A stretch of DNA of 64,000 nt, from the IMG/VR virus record IMGVR_UViG_3300025154_000071, positions 1-64,000 of that record. The stretch is one strand, 5' to 3'. Under the pieces are notes generated by a model. The model worked only from the letters and a program-made list of their open reading frames with translations. It had not been told where the DNA came from and did no database searches. Below, piece after piece: positions 48,433 to 61,091 of the stretch; position 1 is the stretch's first letter; each line of letters starts with the position of its first letter. The stretch is from a virus (Duplodnaviria; Caudoviricetes). The position numbers were made by a program, and so were the translations under genes.

Positions 48433-51400
48433 TATTTACTTTCCTCCCTGTTGTCAATCAGAAACATAAGATGTAACGATTCTTGAGCTTTTTCTTTTAT
48501 TTCATCTATTTTATCTATTATGTCTCCGCTGTCATTGCGAAAGGTTATATAATTTTCTTTTTTAACATTCATCCCTCCTCCAGAATACGCTTTTCTGACA
48601 TCTATAATTGTATTTAATATATCTTGTATGTGCTGATGTAAAAGGTCGTATGCTTGTTGATTCTCCATGCTTATTTCTCCTTCTCCAATATCTTTTTAAC
48701 CGGCCAATCAAATACTGTATCATCCTCCCATGTTTCAGGACAATTACTTTCAACAAAATATGCTGCATCGCTTTGTTTCTTATTCTCATCATGAAAATAA
48801 ACTCTAATTGACAGATAAGTTCCAAAATCATGAGGATTCTTTACTATCACGAAGTATATGTCTGTTTTATCAATTAGTTTAGCAAAACGCTTCTCAAGCA
48901 TTTCTTTAAATTTAGTTGCTTCTTCTTTCATTGCGGGCATATAATCGTAAGATGGATTAACTTGAACACAACCTACTCCCCAAGGTGCTGATTCGATGTC
49001 TAAATAATCTTTCATACTAAATCCTTCCTTTATTATTTTAATTTATGCAACGTAAAAAGCATTCTTGTTCCTAAAAAGAATATTATCAAATTACACACTA
49101 AAATTATTTCATTAGAGTATTGAATTAAATATTTCATATTAAATCCTTCCTTTTATTCTTAATTATTATGTTATTCGTATTAATATTAACGCCAGGATTA
49201 TAAATCATTACATCAACTTTAAGTGAGCCTATAGTTTTAGATTTATTCTTTAATACAAGCTCATCTCCTACTTTATGCCTTTTATTTCTCATGAAATCTT
49301 TCACGATCTCATTAAATTGTTGTGTTGCCTCTGATATATCTTTGTAATGTCCAAGTAAACGTTCTGAGAATTTAGTTAATGTTTTAGTTTTGTGTGATGT
49401 TAGGTGATAGATTCGATAGTCAAAGAAGAACATTATTCTGCCTCCTTTAACACTACTCCAGATATTGTCTGCTTCCATAACGACCATTCAGCGCCACAGT
49501 CATTACACTTATAATGGTCTGTTTCTTCTCCCTGCCACTGCGGATGTTTCTCTAAGCAAACAACATTATTTCCAGTACATTCGGGAGATATACAATGGAA
49601 TCGATTAAGTGATTCTAATTCCTCAGATGTCATTTCTCTTTTAGGCTCAAGGCTTATTTCAAATGTTTCTCTTACATTCATTCTTGAATATATCGCTTTA
49701 CTTGCACGGATTAATTCGATGAATAGGGATTGATATTCTTCTTGAGATAAATCCATAAGCTTGGCTATTATATTTTGGTCAATGCTTAGCGGCTCTCTCA
49801 TATTGCCCATGCAAAGAAAATATTGTTTGCCGTTGGAACTTAATGATAATATGCCATCGCATGTCTTTTTGTTCGCATAGCTCCACATATGTTTTAATAA
49901 ACCATCTATATCGTCGATCATGCCAAGTTCGCCAGCGTTAATAACCTTTCTCCCGAAACATGTATAATATCTTTCCATTTTCATTTTATCCTCCTACATT
50001 TCTAAAGCTGGGATTTCATATTTACAATTAGGGCATATTGCAATGATACACCAATTGCCATATTTAAGTTGAAACTTATCTGTGTTACAAATCTTACAAC
50101 TAATGTTTTGCTTTATATCTGTTGATATAAAATGGTCTCTGTCTGCATATCCGCATTTTATATTATCTATTAAATCTCTATTGTTGGGGTCAATTAATGA
50201 TAATGGGATATATATATCTTTTCTTCTATATCCGTCTGATAAATCAATAGAATCGCCGGCATAGTCTTTTAAAATCATATCTAACTCCTATTTTAATACC
50301 ATTATTGATTTAACTACATTATCCTGCAATGTTGCCATGATATAATCGTTTCTGTTTAATTTATCCAACGTGCTTGATGGCCTTGCATCGATCTTATACA
50401 TTTTATCTTTGCCTTTGATTGTTAATTTATAGTGTAATTTACCGTTAAGTATGATTGGCTCTTGATATTGATATAAACCGTAGATATTCAATTATTCCTC
50501 CTCGTCTGGTATAGTCTCTGTATACAACTCCATTGTTGGCGGGATGCATCCATTCATGCACCTATAAACATCATGCTCCATATTGCCCTCCATACGCATG
50601 TCGCAAAAGTCGCCACCACATGTTCTACAGTGCCTTACCCATTCATGGTTTCTGCAGATATCACATTCCATAATTATTCCTCCTTTGGATTTCTTTTCTG
50701 CTCATATATTTCTTCAATGGTTTCTAATGTAGAAACAACTTCATCAATCGATGCTGACACTATTTGCTCGAATGATAGTTTTGTTAACAAATGGCAAGGA
50801 TAATAACCTCTGTCAGACTTTGCCCCCTTCATATATCTATTAATTTTTACTGGTTGTTTAGCTTTCTGGAATCCTACATAGACTTCTAATTCTTTTGTGT
50901 CTATGTTAATGATATATGCATATTCACAGAATAAACTATCTTTGATAAAGTCTATTCCATCAAGCATATAAGGAAACCCTTTGGCGTAAGTGAATAAATT
51001 GCCCTGTGCATTTCGGAGCAAACAATACCAATCTTTTTCTGACTTATCACTTACATCGAAGTTTGTTAGTCCTTCGCATTTACATTTAAATATCTGCGCC
51101 TCTGTTGGTTTTGATTTTTCGTCAATCATTTCAATGCCATCAAATATCTCAGGCAATTTATCAAGATTAACTTTCTGTAAGAAATCGACAATATCTTTGC
51201 CTAATCCACGGATATAACTATCGTAATGATTATATATTGCTTTAGTAATGCCACCTTTGTAAAACCCAACTAATCCTCTTGTTCCCATAATTATTCCTCC
51301 TCAATTTGTATATAATTTTTAGGTTTATCTGTTACTTTAACTTGAATTGGTTTATATTCGATATCCCAGCATGTTCCACAATCGCATTCCCAACTGATGA

Positions 51401-53393
51401 TTACATGGCCATTCCCATCATAATGTGTTGCTTTTTCTTCAATATCTCCACCTAAATCACAATTCTTGTTTGGGCATTTCCCATCTGCCACTAATTCTAC
51501 TAAATCCATATTATTCCTCCTGTTTAATTTAATTTTACCAGTGAATATCTTTTGTTACCGATTTAGCACACTCAGCGCAGTATACCTCATTGTCAGACCC
51601 ATCAAATGCATGTAACTCTCTTTCTCCATGCAATCTGCCATTTTCTTCCTTTATCGTAGCGTTATATATTCCGGTAAATGATACCGTAAATTGGTCTGAA
51701 CCGCAGTTAGGACACTGATATGTCTTCATAATTATCTCCTTTAATTTCAAATGTATAATCTACGTTCTGGCCCATTACAATATATTTGCCAATGGGTAGT
51801 TTATCCTTTTCTGTCTCAATGTTCCACTCGTTACATTGTGCAACTATATTGCCTGTTTTGATGCAATGAATGAAGTATTTCTTTTGGTTCATTAATGCCA
51901 TTATTTTGTGCCTCTCTTTATTACTGACAGTGAAACCATTAAATCAGTAAGCTCATTCATACGAATGCTTTTTAAAGGACAATCCTCTCTAAATGCTTGA
52001 TGGTCTTGTAACACTGGCTGTAAGACGCCTATACAGCTTTCTACTAATTGGCAAAAATATGGGTTATTCCCTCTGATAAAGGGGCATTGGGCGCAACTAT
52101 CAAGAATTAATTCTACTATTTTCATTTAGCCACCTTCTTGTAGAAATACATTGGTGATTTTTTTACTTGTTTTAAATCAGCAAAGAATTGTTTCTGTAAG
52201 TCGATATATCCCTGTATGCCTTGCTCAGCAAAAGATGTAACTGGGTTTTTGCAGGATGGACATATCGTGTCACCCTCTATTAACTTAAAGCTATAGAAAT
52301 ATAGGCCGTATGTCATATGACCACAATGCCGGCAAGGATTATTGTGGAATAATGTCTCTATGTCATAGGGATGATGATTAATTGTTATTTTCATGTCTTC
52401 CTCCTATATGTATAAAGCATCTGTTATATTATATTTGCAATCTTCTGTATGGCCATCGCGTTCATATTTATTATTATAAAATAGATGCGTTGTTATGCCC
52501 CTTGGGTCATATTAATGTTCGACTGATAGTCTGGACAAACTAACGTCTGCCATTATAATCTGTTGCATCTTATCTTCTACTTTACTAATTGCCTTGCGAT
52601 ATGATTCTTCTGATTTAAATTTGCCATTACATTGATCTGTGCATATACGCTGATGTTTTTTGTGCAATCTTCGTAGCTTTACAATTGCCTCGAATCTCTT
52701 CCCAGAGTAATCTAAATCTTTACACCAACATGCAAGGATTCCTTTAATTGCTAATTCTGTTTTTAAATTCATATTTCCTCCTTATTTATACATTACTACA
52801 AATGTTGTACCATCTGCCTTAAATTCTTCAATGGCTAATAAGAGATCGTTGTTGATTTTAACTTCATTGCCGTTCGGATATATTATGCGGTCATGTCTAT
52901 AGACAACCACATCGCCATTGCCTTTGCGTTCGATAATGCCTCTTATACTCATATGTACTCCTCCTTAAATGCATTAACTCATGTAGGTTGCCATTCTAAC
53001 GGTTTCGTCATCAACTATTAAACAAAGAACGCCACTATAGAATGAATCAGAGTGATATCCGCCATAATCCCATCCCCTGCCGAAAGGATGAAAGGTGCCA
53101 TCTTTTATGCGCTCTATTGTCATGCCATAAGTTAAACGCATAAACTGTGAGATGTCATAAATGTTGCCACGATATTTAACAAACATCTGTTCATCAAGTT
53201 CTTCTGGTGTCCAATAATCGAAATCTTTCTTTTCATCTGGAGTTAGTTCAAAGCCATAAATGACAGGGCATTCTTCGATGTGTTTGATTTGTATTTTATT
53301 TGCCGTGGTTGTTTCTTCTTCATTATCTTCTTTTCCAGTGCCGCCGCAATAGTTACATCCATGCCCATGGCAGTTATAACAAGTTTGATGCAT
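48432..53393 (-). other. Run of short accessory ORFs, many Cys/Zn-ribbon type
   Basis: 48432-48668, 48671-49015, 49134-49487, 49433-49984, 49994-50278, 50288-50491, 50674-51288, 51291-51509, 51535-51750, 51707-51901, 51901-52125, 52122-52394, 52512-52772, 52974-53393, plus sub-60-aa ORFs; GGAGG RBS. Confidence 0.65.
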
Positions 53394-53404
53394 ATTGCCT
53401 CCTT

Positions 53405-54409
53405 TTATAATGTAATTCCTGTTATCTCAAAAAATATATCTTTGTCAAAATTAGGTATAGATTGTATTATTGTTCGATTTTCTTTTGTTAACTTATTCCA
53501 CCATGTCTGACATGCCTCTTTGTATTCGTATTTTTTAAGATAACCTTCGATTAATTTTTTCGCTTTATCTTGCGATTTTTCTTCTTCTGTATAATTAATC
53601 CACTCTATTAATACTAAACGTTCTGATGTCAACGCATTAGAATATTTTGAATTTTTAAATTCTGATGTTGTCATTTTTGTTGTCTTATCAAACATAAAGA
53701 CGATATGTTCTTTTGTGTTAAAAAAACCATTTGAATAGTCGCCTGAATTGTAGTAGCCTGAATTGTAGTCGCCTGAATTGCGGTCGCCTGAATTGTAGTA
53801 GCCTGAATTGTAGTAGCCTGAATTGTAGTCGCCTGAATTGCGGTTGCCTGAATTGTAGTAGCCTGAATTGCGGTTGCCTGAATTGTAGTTGCCTGAATTG
53901 TAGTTGCCTGAATTGTAGTTGCCTGAATTGTAGTAGCCTGAATTGTAGTAGCCTGAATTGTAGTCGCCTGAATTGCGGTCGCCTGAATTGTAGTCGCCTG
54001 AATTGTAGTAGCCTGAATTGTAGTTGCCTGAATTGCGGTCGCCTGAATTGTAGTTGCCTGAATTAATAAATCCAGTATTATCCTTTCCAGTATTACTAAT
54101 GGCCCAGACTTGTTCTTTTGTTAATATTCTTATGATTTTGAATTTATTTGTACAAGATTTTTTGCCGTCAGTATCATGTAAGACCTGACCTAATACTTCA
54201 ATTTCTCCGATTACAGACGACCTTAAATTATAATGTTTATCAATGTCATTCAGTTGTCTGCAATAATGAAATCCGTTATTGCACATCCTTAATTCGCCTG
54301 ATATTGTATAAATTTCGCCAACACAAAAAATAGTATTCCTACATTGTAACTGATTGTTTGAATTGACATTAAATCCTTTATATGCGATTTGTTTTATTTT
54401 TTTAGTCAT
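53405..54409 (-). CDS. Pentapeptide-repeat phage protein with conserved AYKGF...C...GFHYC N-terminal domain
   Basis: AYKGF...QCR...F.VG..Y...MC.NGFHYC; 22 NSGxx repeats; FFNT...FD C-terminal region. Confidence 0.85.
   Translation of the reverse strand: MTKKIKQIAYKGFNVNSNNQLQCRNTIFCVGEIYTISGELRMCNNGFHYCRQLNDIDKHYNLRSSVIGEIEVLGQVLHDTDGKKSCTNKFKIIRILTKEQVWAISNTGKDNTGFINSGNYNSGDRNSGNYNSGYYNSGDYNSGDRNSGDYNSGYYNSGYYNSGNYNSGNYNSGNYNSGNRNSGYYNSGNRNSGDYNSGYYNSGYYNSGDRNSGDYNSGYYNSGDYSNGFFNTKEHIVFMFDKTTKMTTSEFKNSKYSNALTSERLVLIEWINYTEEEKSQDKAKKLIEGYLKKYEYKEACQTWWNKLTKENRTIIQSIPNFDKDIFFEITGITL
53735..54064. repeat. 22 x 15-bp coding tandem repeat
   Basis: Minus-strand unit AAT TCA GGC (G/A/T)AC (TA/CG)C; contiguous, no spacers. 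Confidence 0.95.
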
Positions 54410-54459
54410 AATTATCTCTCCTTAAATATGTTTATAATATTTTTGTTGTTAATAAACCT

Positions 54460-57400
54460 TCAAAAGCAAATTGATCTTATATCTGCCACTAATCGCAACG
54501 TTTCGTGTAAATGATTCGCACGGTGTATTGTATCGTATTGATCTCGTTTATAATAAAATCCATCTGGCCCTTTTTCTAAAACAAAAAGCGCTTTAAAAAT
54601 TTCAACTATTCGTGGGTTCCAGTTCTTAAAAACCTCATTTGCTTCTCTTTTTAACATAAGTCACTCCCTTTTTGTTAATTTTGCCTATAAACCAAATATA
54701 TAACACCGTCAATCTCTACTTCATGTTCATCTCCATATTGTGCCAAGAAATGGCCACGACCATCTGATGATACTGCATCATCAACGAAGTGGTCGATATC
54801 TTTTATCATGCTTTTAACAAGAAAATTAGCCGTTTCGCAGAGGCTACATTGTATTTTATTTAAAGATTTTTCGATTTCGTCTCTCTCTGCCATATGTTCT
54901 GGTTTATATGCCATATGTGATACAATAAATGATGGCCTAAATGCCCATAATGATGAAAGAACTGCCTTTTTAACTGCTTCATCTGCTTCTTCTTCAGTGC
55001 AGACGAGATAATCATCTGCCATATTTGCCGATATGTCATCTGTGTCTGTTTCTAAGTGTTTGGCAAGTATTCTAAGGTTTAACTCGAAATTTTCGTTAGT
55101 TATCATAATCGCCCCCTATATAGTTTTATCATATTTTGCTTTTAACTTTAAATATAATTCTTTTTCTTTTGCATTTTCCTTCTCTTGCTCTTTTAGAATA
55201 TTGTCCATGGGGAGGGTTGGGTTAACTTCTATTCTTTGTATATATCCATGGTTGTTCATTTGCTTATATATTATCGCATGCTCCTCGTTCAAAAATGCAT
55301 AACTTGCATATGACTGCTCCTCCAACTCGTCATATGTCAAGAGCGCCCAAACATAAAAAGAAGATTCATCTTTGCCTGTGATTGATTGACAACCAGGGTC
55401 GTATGTTTCTCTATTCTTTCTACTTCTCATAATATTCATTGCCCCTTTCAAATGTGTCTTCAATTATTTTTTGTGTGTTTTTTAGATTGTTCTTGGAAAT
55501 AAAAGTTATAATTATCTGTACACTCCCCATTTATGACGAGCGCGGTCAACGATTCGCTCATGTATGCTATATTTTCGAAGATAGAGAATAGATGAATGAT
55601 AACGCCATCATCTGACTCTGAAACAAATAATGAGCCAATATCATCTGGAACCGCTGATTTATCAAGGCGCATGTCGAGAAGAACATTTTTCATTATAGCC
55701 TCCTATTCTGTTGCGGTATCATATACTTTGACGCATTCATAGTCTATGTCAAATTTATGTTCGCACTCGTTACACTTAGCAACGATATACAGCATATTGT
55801 CATCAAATTCCATCATTATGGCGCCCCAATTGCCACACCCACACTCTGGACAATTAACTGCGAAAGGTTTATTATTACTCATCATCTTCCTCCTCTTTAT
55901 TTTCGTCATAACATTCTTTACAATCTATGCCATCGGGAGAGCAGCCAAGACACACTCTCTGATCGCAAGTATCGCAAATAATATATCCGCCTATATCATC
56001 TTTATCTATCATTCTGCCGCATATTTCGCATTCGCAAGGCAACAGATCAGATTTACAGTCAAGGCACATATCGCTATCTGGGTCAAATGCCATAATGCAT
56101 ACTTGCATATGACATACTTCACAAGGGATACGGGTGTCTCCATGGTAATCTTGACCACAATAAGAGCATATCGGCTTATTATTGTTCATTCATTATTCTC
56201 CTTGACCTATCGGCCAGTTGCATCTTAAGATTGAATATATCATCATTGCTAAGAACATAGTTAACATCATTCTTAAAACTGCCAGAATAGAAATAAACTC
56301 GGCAATATATTTCGTAGTCATCTTTGCCTCTAACTTTGCGAATCTGATAATCTGGGCGTTCATATTCGCCATGATATAATGTATATATGCCAGATTTACA
56401 GTAACGACCTTTGCGATATTGTATATGGTCAGAGTCTAATAATAATTGATGTGCTTCTTTTTTAGTCATGTGTTCCTCTTTGTATGCCACTATGCATATT
56501 GGTTGCGAACTTAGACGTTTCAAATACTGCATCGACCCAGCATTTGTCACGAACGGATTGCGGTAAGTCCATCATATTGGTTGCGTTAGCGGCTTTACAC
56601 GCGGTGTCTATAAATTTTGCGTATAACATCATTCTTGCCTGATGCTGAGGATTAGCTCTTGATAACATAATTACTCCTCCTTTTTATTTTGTGATATTGC
56701 TGTAAGCATTGGCCATATCATATTAAATATGGCGTCTTTAATATTTTGGTTAGCAGATTTGCTTACTCTCTCGTTAATTAGCTCTTGTAGTTGCTCTACT
56801 GAAATATTGCCATATACAATAGATATTGAAGTGGCTATATCAACTGCGGAAGACTCTATAATTTTCATTTTTCTGGCGATCTGTTGCTGTCTTCTAAGTG
56901 TTGGCAGATACCAGTTCCAACCCTCGATAGCAGAATGGATAACATCAGCAAGGTCATCAAGATAAGCCTAACACGATAAACATTAAGCTAACAGTTAACG
57001 CTAACATTCTGCCTCCTTTTCATCTCTTTTGCATATTACGGTAGTGTCATTGTGCTTGCCGACAAATGATGGACACTCTTCACAAAAGCTACTACCAACA
57101 TGAACCGCATCTTCAAAGTCGCAGCCATTGATATCACGACATGTCAATCCGTATGGACATGTTTTTTGTTTATTATAATTCGATATTTTCTTATATTTAA
57201 TTTTTTTCATATTGCCTCCGCAATAGCGTCTATGACGCTTTCTTTCTTAAACCCGTATGAAAATGTAGACCTATCGCAATGCGAATCAAACGCAGTTGCG
57301 ACAACATTGCGTCCTGCTGGAGTTATAGCGCCGGCCTTGTTGATAAAGCCGCGCTGAAATAGAATCTCTTTAAGTTTATCGATTTCAGCAGTCTTAAATC

Positions 57401-59253
57401 CTGCTTCACGATATTTATCATTACGAGCAAACGATTTTAACGAGCATATCGTTACGAGAACAAATAACTCGTTTTTGCTGATATCAGGCTTTTCTATAGG
57501 CAACATCTTGGTTAAGAAATGATCTGGATGTAAGGAAATATGCAGTCCCAGGTCTTTGCCATTGAATGTGATATGCTCGACAAGAAACTTATCAGGCGAT
57601 GGAATATATGGAGGCACTGCCTTGCCAAATGGTTCGGGCGCTGTCTGGACATCGATTGCTACTAATTCTCCCTCCATGTCGTAACAGGAGAAATTAGTAC
57701 GAGAACCGCTATCCCAACATGAACGCAATGTTCGAGGAGTGTCTGATATTGACACTCTGATGTTTGTTCCTGAATAGCCTGTCAATGATTTAAGTTTGTC
57801 GAACAGTGGTGATTTATTTAACCATATTGCCTCCATGTTATCTCTCCTCCCTAATAACGCGATACCAGGCGGCATCGCAGTGTTTGCACTCATATAAGAT
57901 ACGATAGTCTTCGTTGCTTATTTTGATACAGTCGTGATGCCCGCAAAATGGGCAGTATGTGAACATATATGCCTCCTAGTCTCTGTTATACATTGCCTGA
58001 GCCATCGCTACTCTATAGCGATAAATAGGATTGTGTTTTAAAACAAACTTTTTATATTTGTCCATATTGTGCCTCCAACATCGTTTTTAATTCAAAATTG
58101 CCGCCAAACATTATCATGCCAGATGCGATTGACCTTGGTACAATAAATGTCTCACCTGTGTCGATATCAGTGACGCGAATGATAGGACCACCTAAAAACT
58201 TATCTAACCCGAAAAATGAATTGCTTGTTACCATAATATTCCCTCCTGTTTAATAATTTATTTGTGATGAAATAACCTATAACTCCACCTATTAGCACCG
58301 AAATAATAATTGTCATGTTATTCCTCCTTATCCTTTTTTAGCATATCTTTAATGTCGTGAATGTTATGGAATATATCAACTATCAGATAAAATGCAACGA
58401 ATCCTAAAAAATAGGTAATGTATGTCGGGATATTTTGAATTATTGATGCATTGATAGCTGACATGATAACTGTAAATGCAATAATTATTATTTTTTCTTC
58501 GGACATATGGTTCCTCCTTTTACTCAATTACAATATATGCCCCAATCATCCCGCCCCTGTGGTCACTGTCTACGTCTTTTAATATTTTAATGCAGTTGAA
58601 AATATCAAAACATTTTTGCTCTGGATTTATAAACTGCTTTAGATATAACGGGATGAGAAACTCATTGTCTGAACTCCATTTTTTAAACCCCAAAGAGATT
58701 GCTTGGTCGCGAGTTAAGTCATTAATGTATGGCAAATTGTTTTCGAATGGTCTAATTATGGAATCTTTTGTTTCTATTATGTTTTTAATCTTAAATTTGT
58801 CTGTCCAATCATATTCTATTGCTTCGGCCACTGATGATAGAAGGCTATTTCTTGCTTGACATAAAAAGTATAAACGTCCATAATATTTCCTCCTTAAAAA
58901 TAAAAGCCACCACTATTTTAATTTAGCGATGGCTTTCTGTAATATGTCCTCAAAATTAGACGGTTGAGATGCCGTCTTGACCTTTTGTATTGGTTTAATA
59001 GGTCTATAAGGCTGGTCAATGGCCTTAATGACCTGATGAATTGGCTTTACCATGCTATCTGTATTTCAGATACAAGCGTGTTCTTTGATCTAATTACTTC
59101 AATAACGCCGCCAACCAGGACGCCATATATCGCAGGATCGTCAGGGAAGTCTTCGATGAAATTATTGTAGTTATTAAGCGTTACCATTGATATAGAGTCA
59201 TGAAGAGTCAAAAATACTGTAATTCCATTTACTATAATCATAATAGCCTCCAT
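54460..59253 (-). other. Run of short accessory ORFs
   Basis: 54460-54657, 54675-55106, 55116-55463, 55460-55693, 55703-55909, 55875-56189, 56179-56550, 56462-56668, 56671-56868, 57001-57210, 57207-57893, 58052-58234, 58318-58527, 58520-58831, 59047-59253. Confidence 0.6.
58896..58936 (-). terminator. Intrinsic terminator
   Basis: AAAGCCAUCGCUA/UAGUGGUGGCUUU stem (G-U pairs valid on minus) followed by UUUUAUUUUU. Confidence 0.75.
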
Positions 59254-59269
59254 TATATTTATTGGTCTA

Positions 59270-60150
59270 AATAAAATGACCGCCGCTACATTTCTGTAAT
59301 GACGGTCGGGTCTCCGTCGTTATTTTATCTTATCTGCATAATCCTAACGATTGGGTCTTATGCAGCACATATAGCCACATTGTCAATGCGGTCTATATGT
59401 GGAATTGGTGGTTACATATTACGGTCTAACCACTTGACCGGATTGGTATGCCCGCTATCATCTATATCCATTTTTATGGTCACCGTCAGGTGTTGCCATT
59501 CTTATGGTCGGCATATCCAACCAGTGCCGCATATATCACGGTCTTCCCTATGATAGACATATCAAGTGATATAAATATCACCGTCTATCAATTATGTTAT
59601 CTACTGGCTTCATTGAGGTGTATTGATAAATACACCGTCTATCAGTCTTCCACTGATATGCCGCATCCGTATCGTCCAGGCGGATTCACTCAGCCGTCCA
59701 GAGGATCGTTTGTGCTCGATAACACAACATAAACCATATATCGATATCAAAGCACGGTCGCAGTATTACACTTTGATATATGATTTATTTCGCTATTTTA
59801 TTTTATCCTGGATTTTTTAGACAAAGCGATATTATTAGCAATTTATTGCTTAATTGCTTTTATCTTTAAAATCATAAGATTTTTATACTTACTTGCGACT
59901 AATCTAATTACTTTGATTAGATTTTTACCGCTTATTAAATGTATTTAATTTAACCCATATTCAAACAATATAACCGCTTGTTTGTTATCCGGTATTAAAT
60001 TAATTGATCTTTCATCTTCCAGGCTTATTCATGCTTAAAAATCAATTTGACCCGCTTGTCAGAAGGTATGGATTAATTTCATAAGACTTACTTTTCGACC
60101 TGTCCGATTATTCAATCTTATAATGCTTTTTGTTTATTCTATACTTATCA
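59270..60150 (-). ncRNA. Candidate large structured non-coding RNA
   Basis: No RBS-supported ORF; more than 12 nested stems; G-U pairs mostly valid on the minus strand only. Confidence 0.6.
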
Positions 60151-60190
60151 CCGTCCTATTAATCAATTTATAATGGTATGATATTAAAAT

Positions 60191-60225
60191 GCTAGCATAA
60201 CTAATCAATTTCAAGTTATGCTAGC
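60191..60225. other. Perfect 11-bp inverted repeat
   Basis: GCTAGCATAAC-13 nt-GTTATGCTAGC just after the stop of 60235..60780; terminator, processing site or operator. Confidence 0.6.
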
Positions 60226-60234
60226 GGGTATATA

Positions 60235-60780
60235 TTATTTTATGAAGTTAAGTAATTCGTCATATTTGTTGGTGAGCGTCTTGACCGTTTTAGCGTCAAT
60301 TTGTTGTAATTCTGCTGATACAAAATTTTCAGCGGTTATAAACTCCGGTAAGGTAAAGTTTTCGTCAATAGTTAAGTTTGCCGTCTTTACTTTACTTTCC
60401 GTAAATTTATCGGCTAAAAATGCTATTAAATCGGTCTTTTTGACCTCGTAAAAGTCTTTTTTGGAATTGAATATTGATATGAGGCGTTTAAGCGTCTTGG
60501 CGCCATACCGAACCGATAGCATTATGTCAATATCTGCGGTATCAATGACTTGTCTAAGAAAATTCTGAAATAGGTATTTTAATGCCTTTTTTTCGAGCAG
60601 AAAATTGATTTTCGCGTATAATTCAAAATGAATAGACTGAAAATCAATTTTGTCGATTTCGATGATGTTCCCGTTGTTTTTGACTAATTTTTCGTTAATC
60701 GCCGTGATGGTTGACAAAAAGTTTACCTTTTCCTGCTCGAAAGAATAATTGACGAGATAGTTTGCTTTAATTTTTTTCAT
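60235..60780 (-). CDS. Hypothetical protein (181 aa)
   Basis: AGGTGG RBS; no recognisable motif. Confidence 0.65.
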   Translation of the reverse strand: MKKIKANYLVNYSFEQEKVNFLSTITAINEKLVKNNGNIIEIDKIDFQSIHFELYAKINFLLEKKALKYLFQNFLRQVIDTADIDIMLSVRYGAKTLKRLISIFNSKKDFYEVKKTDLIAFLADKFTESKVKTANLTIDENFTLPEFITAENFVSAELQQIDAKTVKTLTNKYDELLNFIK

Positions 60781-60894
60781 TTTGTACCACCTACTATAAT
60801 ATTCAAGTTTTTTAATAGATACTTGTAAACTATGCTTGTAAACTATGATTGATTTTTTATGATAATTCTGGAGCCCGAGCGGAACGTGACGCGC

Positions 60895-61002
60895 CTATTT
60901 TTCTAATTGGCTCATAAGTTTTTCGAGCATTGCTAATATTTTCGGCGTTGGTGTCGCGCGTAGAAGAGTATCGACCTTTTGACTGATTTTTTCGCTTTTC
61001 AT
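60895..61002 (-). CDS. 35-aa ORF, first gene of the leftward transcript
   Basis: GAGGT RBS; MKSEKISQKVDTLLRATPTPKILAMLEKLMSQLEK. Confidence 0.5.
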   Translation of the reverse strand: MKSEKISQKVDTLLRATPTPKILAMLEKLMSQLEK

Positions 61003-61062
61003 GTTATTACCTCTCTTTTAGTTTTTTTGTTGATGTTTATCTCTCAACCCCTTGCAATATTA

Positions 61063-61091
61063 ATTATAACACAAAAGATAGCATAAATCAA
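61063..61091 (-). promoter_or_regulatory. Leftward sigma70 promoter
   Basis: TTGATT-17 bp-TATAAT with TG extension. Confidence 0.7.

Noticed and set aside
53735-54064. CRISPR array
   Set aside because: Units are contiguous 15-mers without unique spacers and lie in-frame in a gene; no cas genes. The PD-(D/E)xK gene is a stand-alone phage nuclease.
53731-54066. Plus-strand NCS-repeat ORF
   Set aside because: Antisense shadow of the pentapeptide repeat; no RBS.
11817-59820. Many plus-strand ORFs in the supplied track (e.g. 23742, 32700, 35053, 37261, 59299-59820)
   Set aside because: Antisense to well-supported genes or to the structured RNA, without RBS or motifs.
59270-60150. Group I/II intron, RNase P RNA, or retron/DGR RNA
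   Set aside because: It interrupts no gene; no group II domain V, ordered group I P7 elements or RNase P P4 motif seen; no reverse transcriptase in the window.
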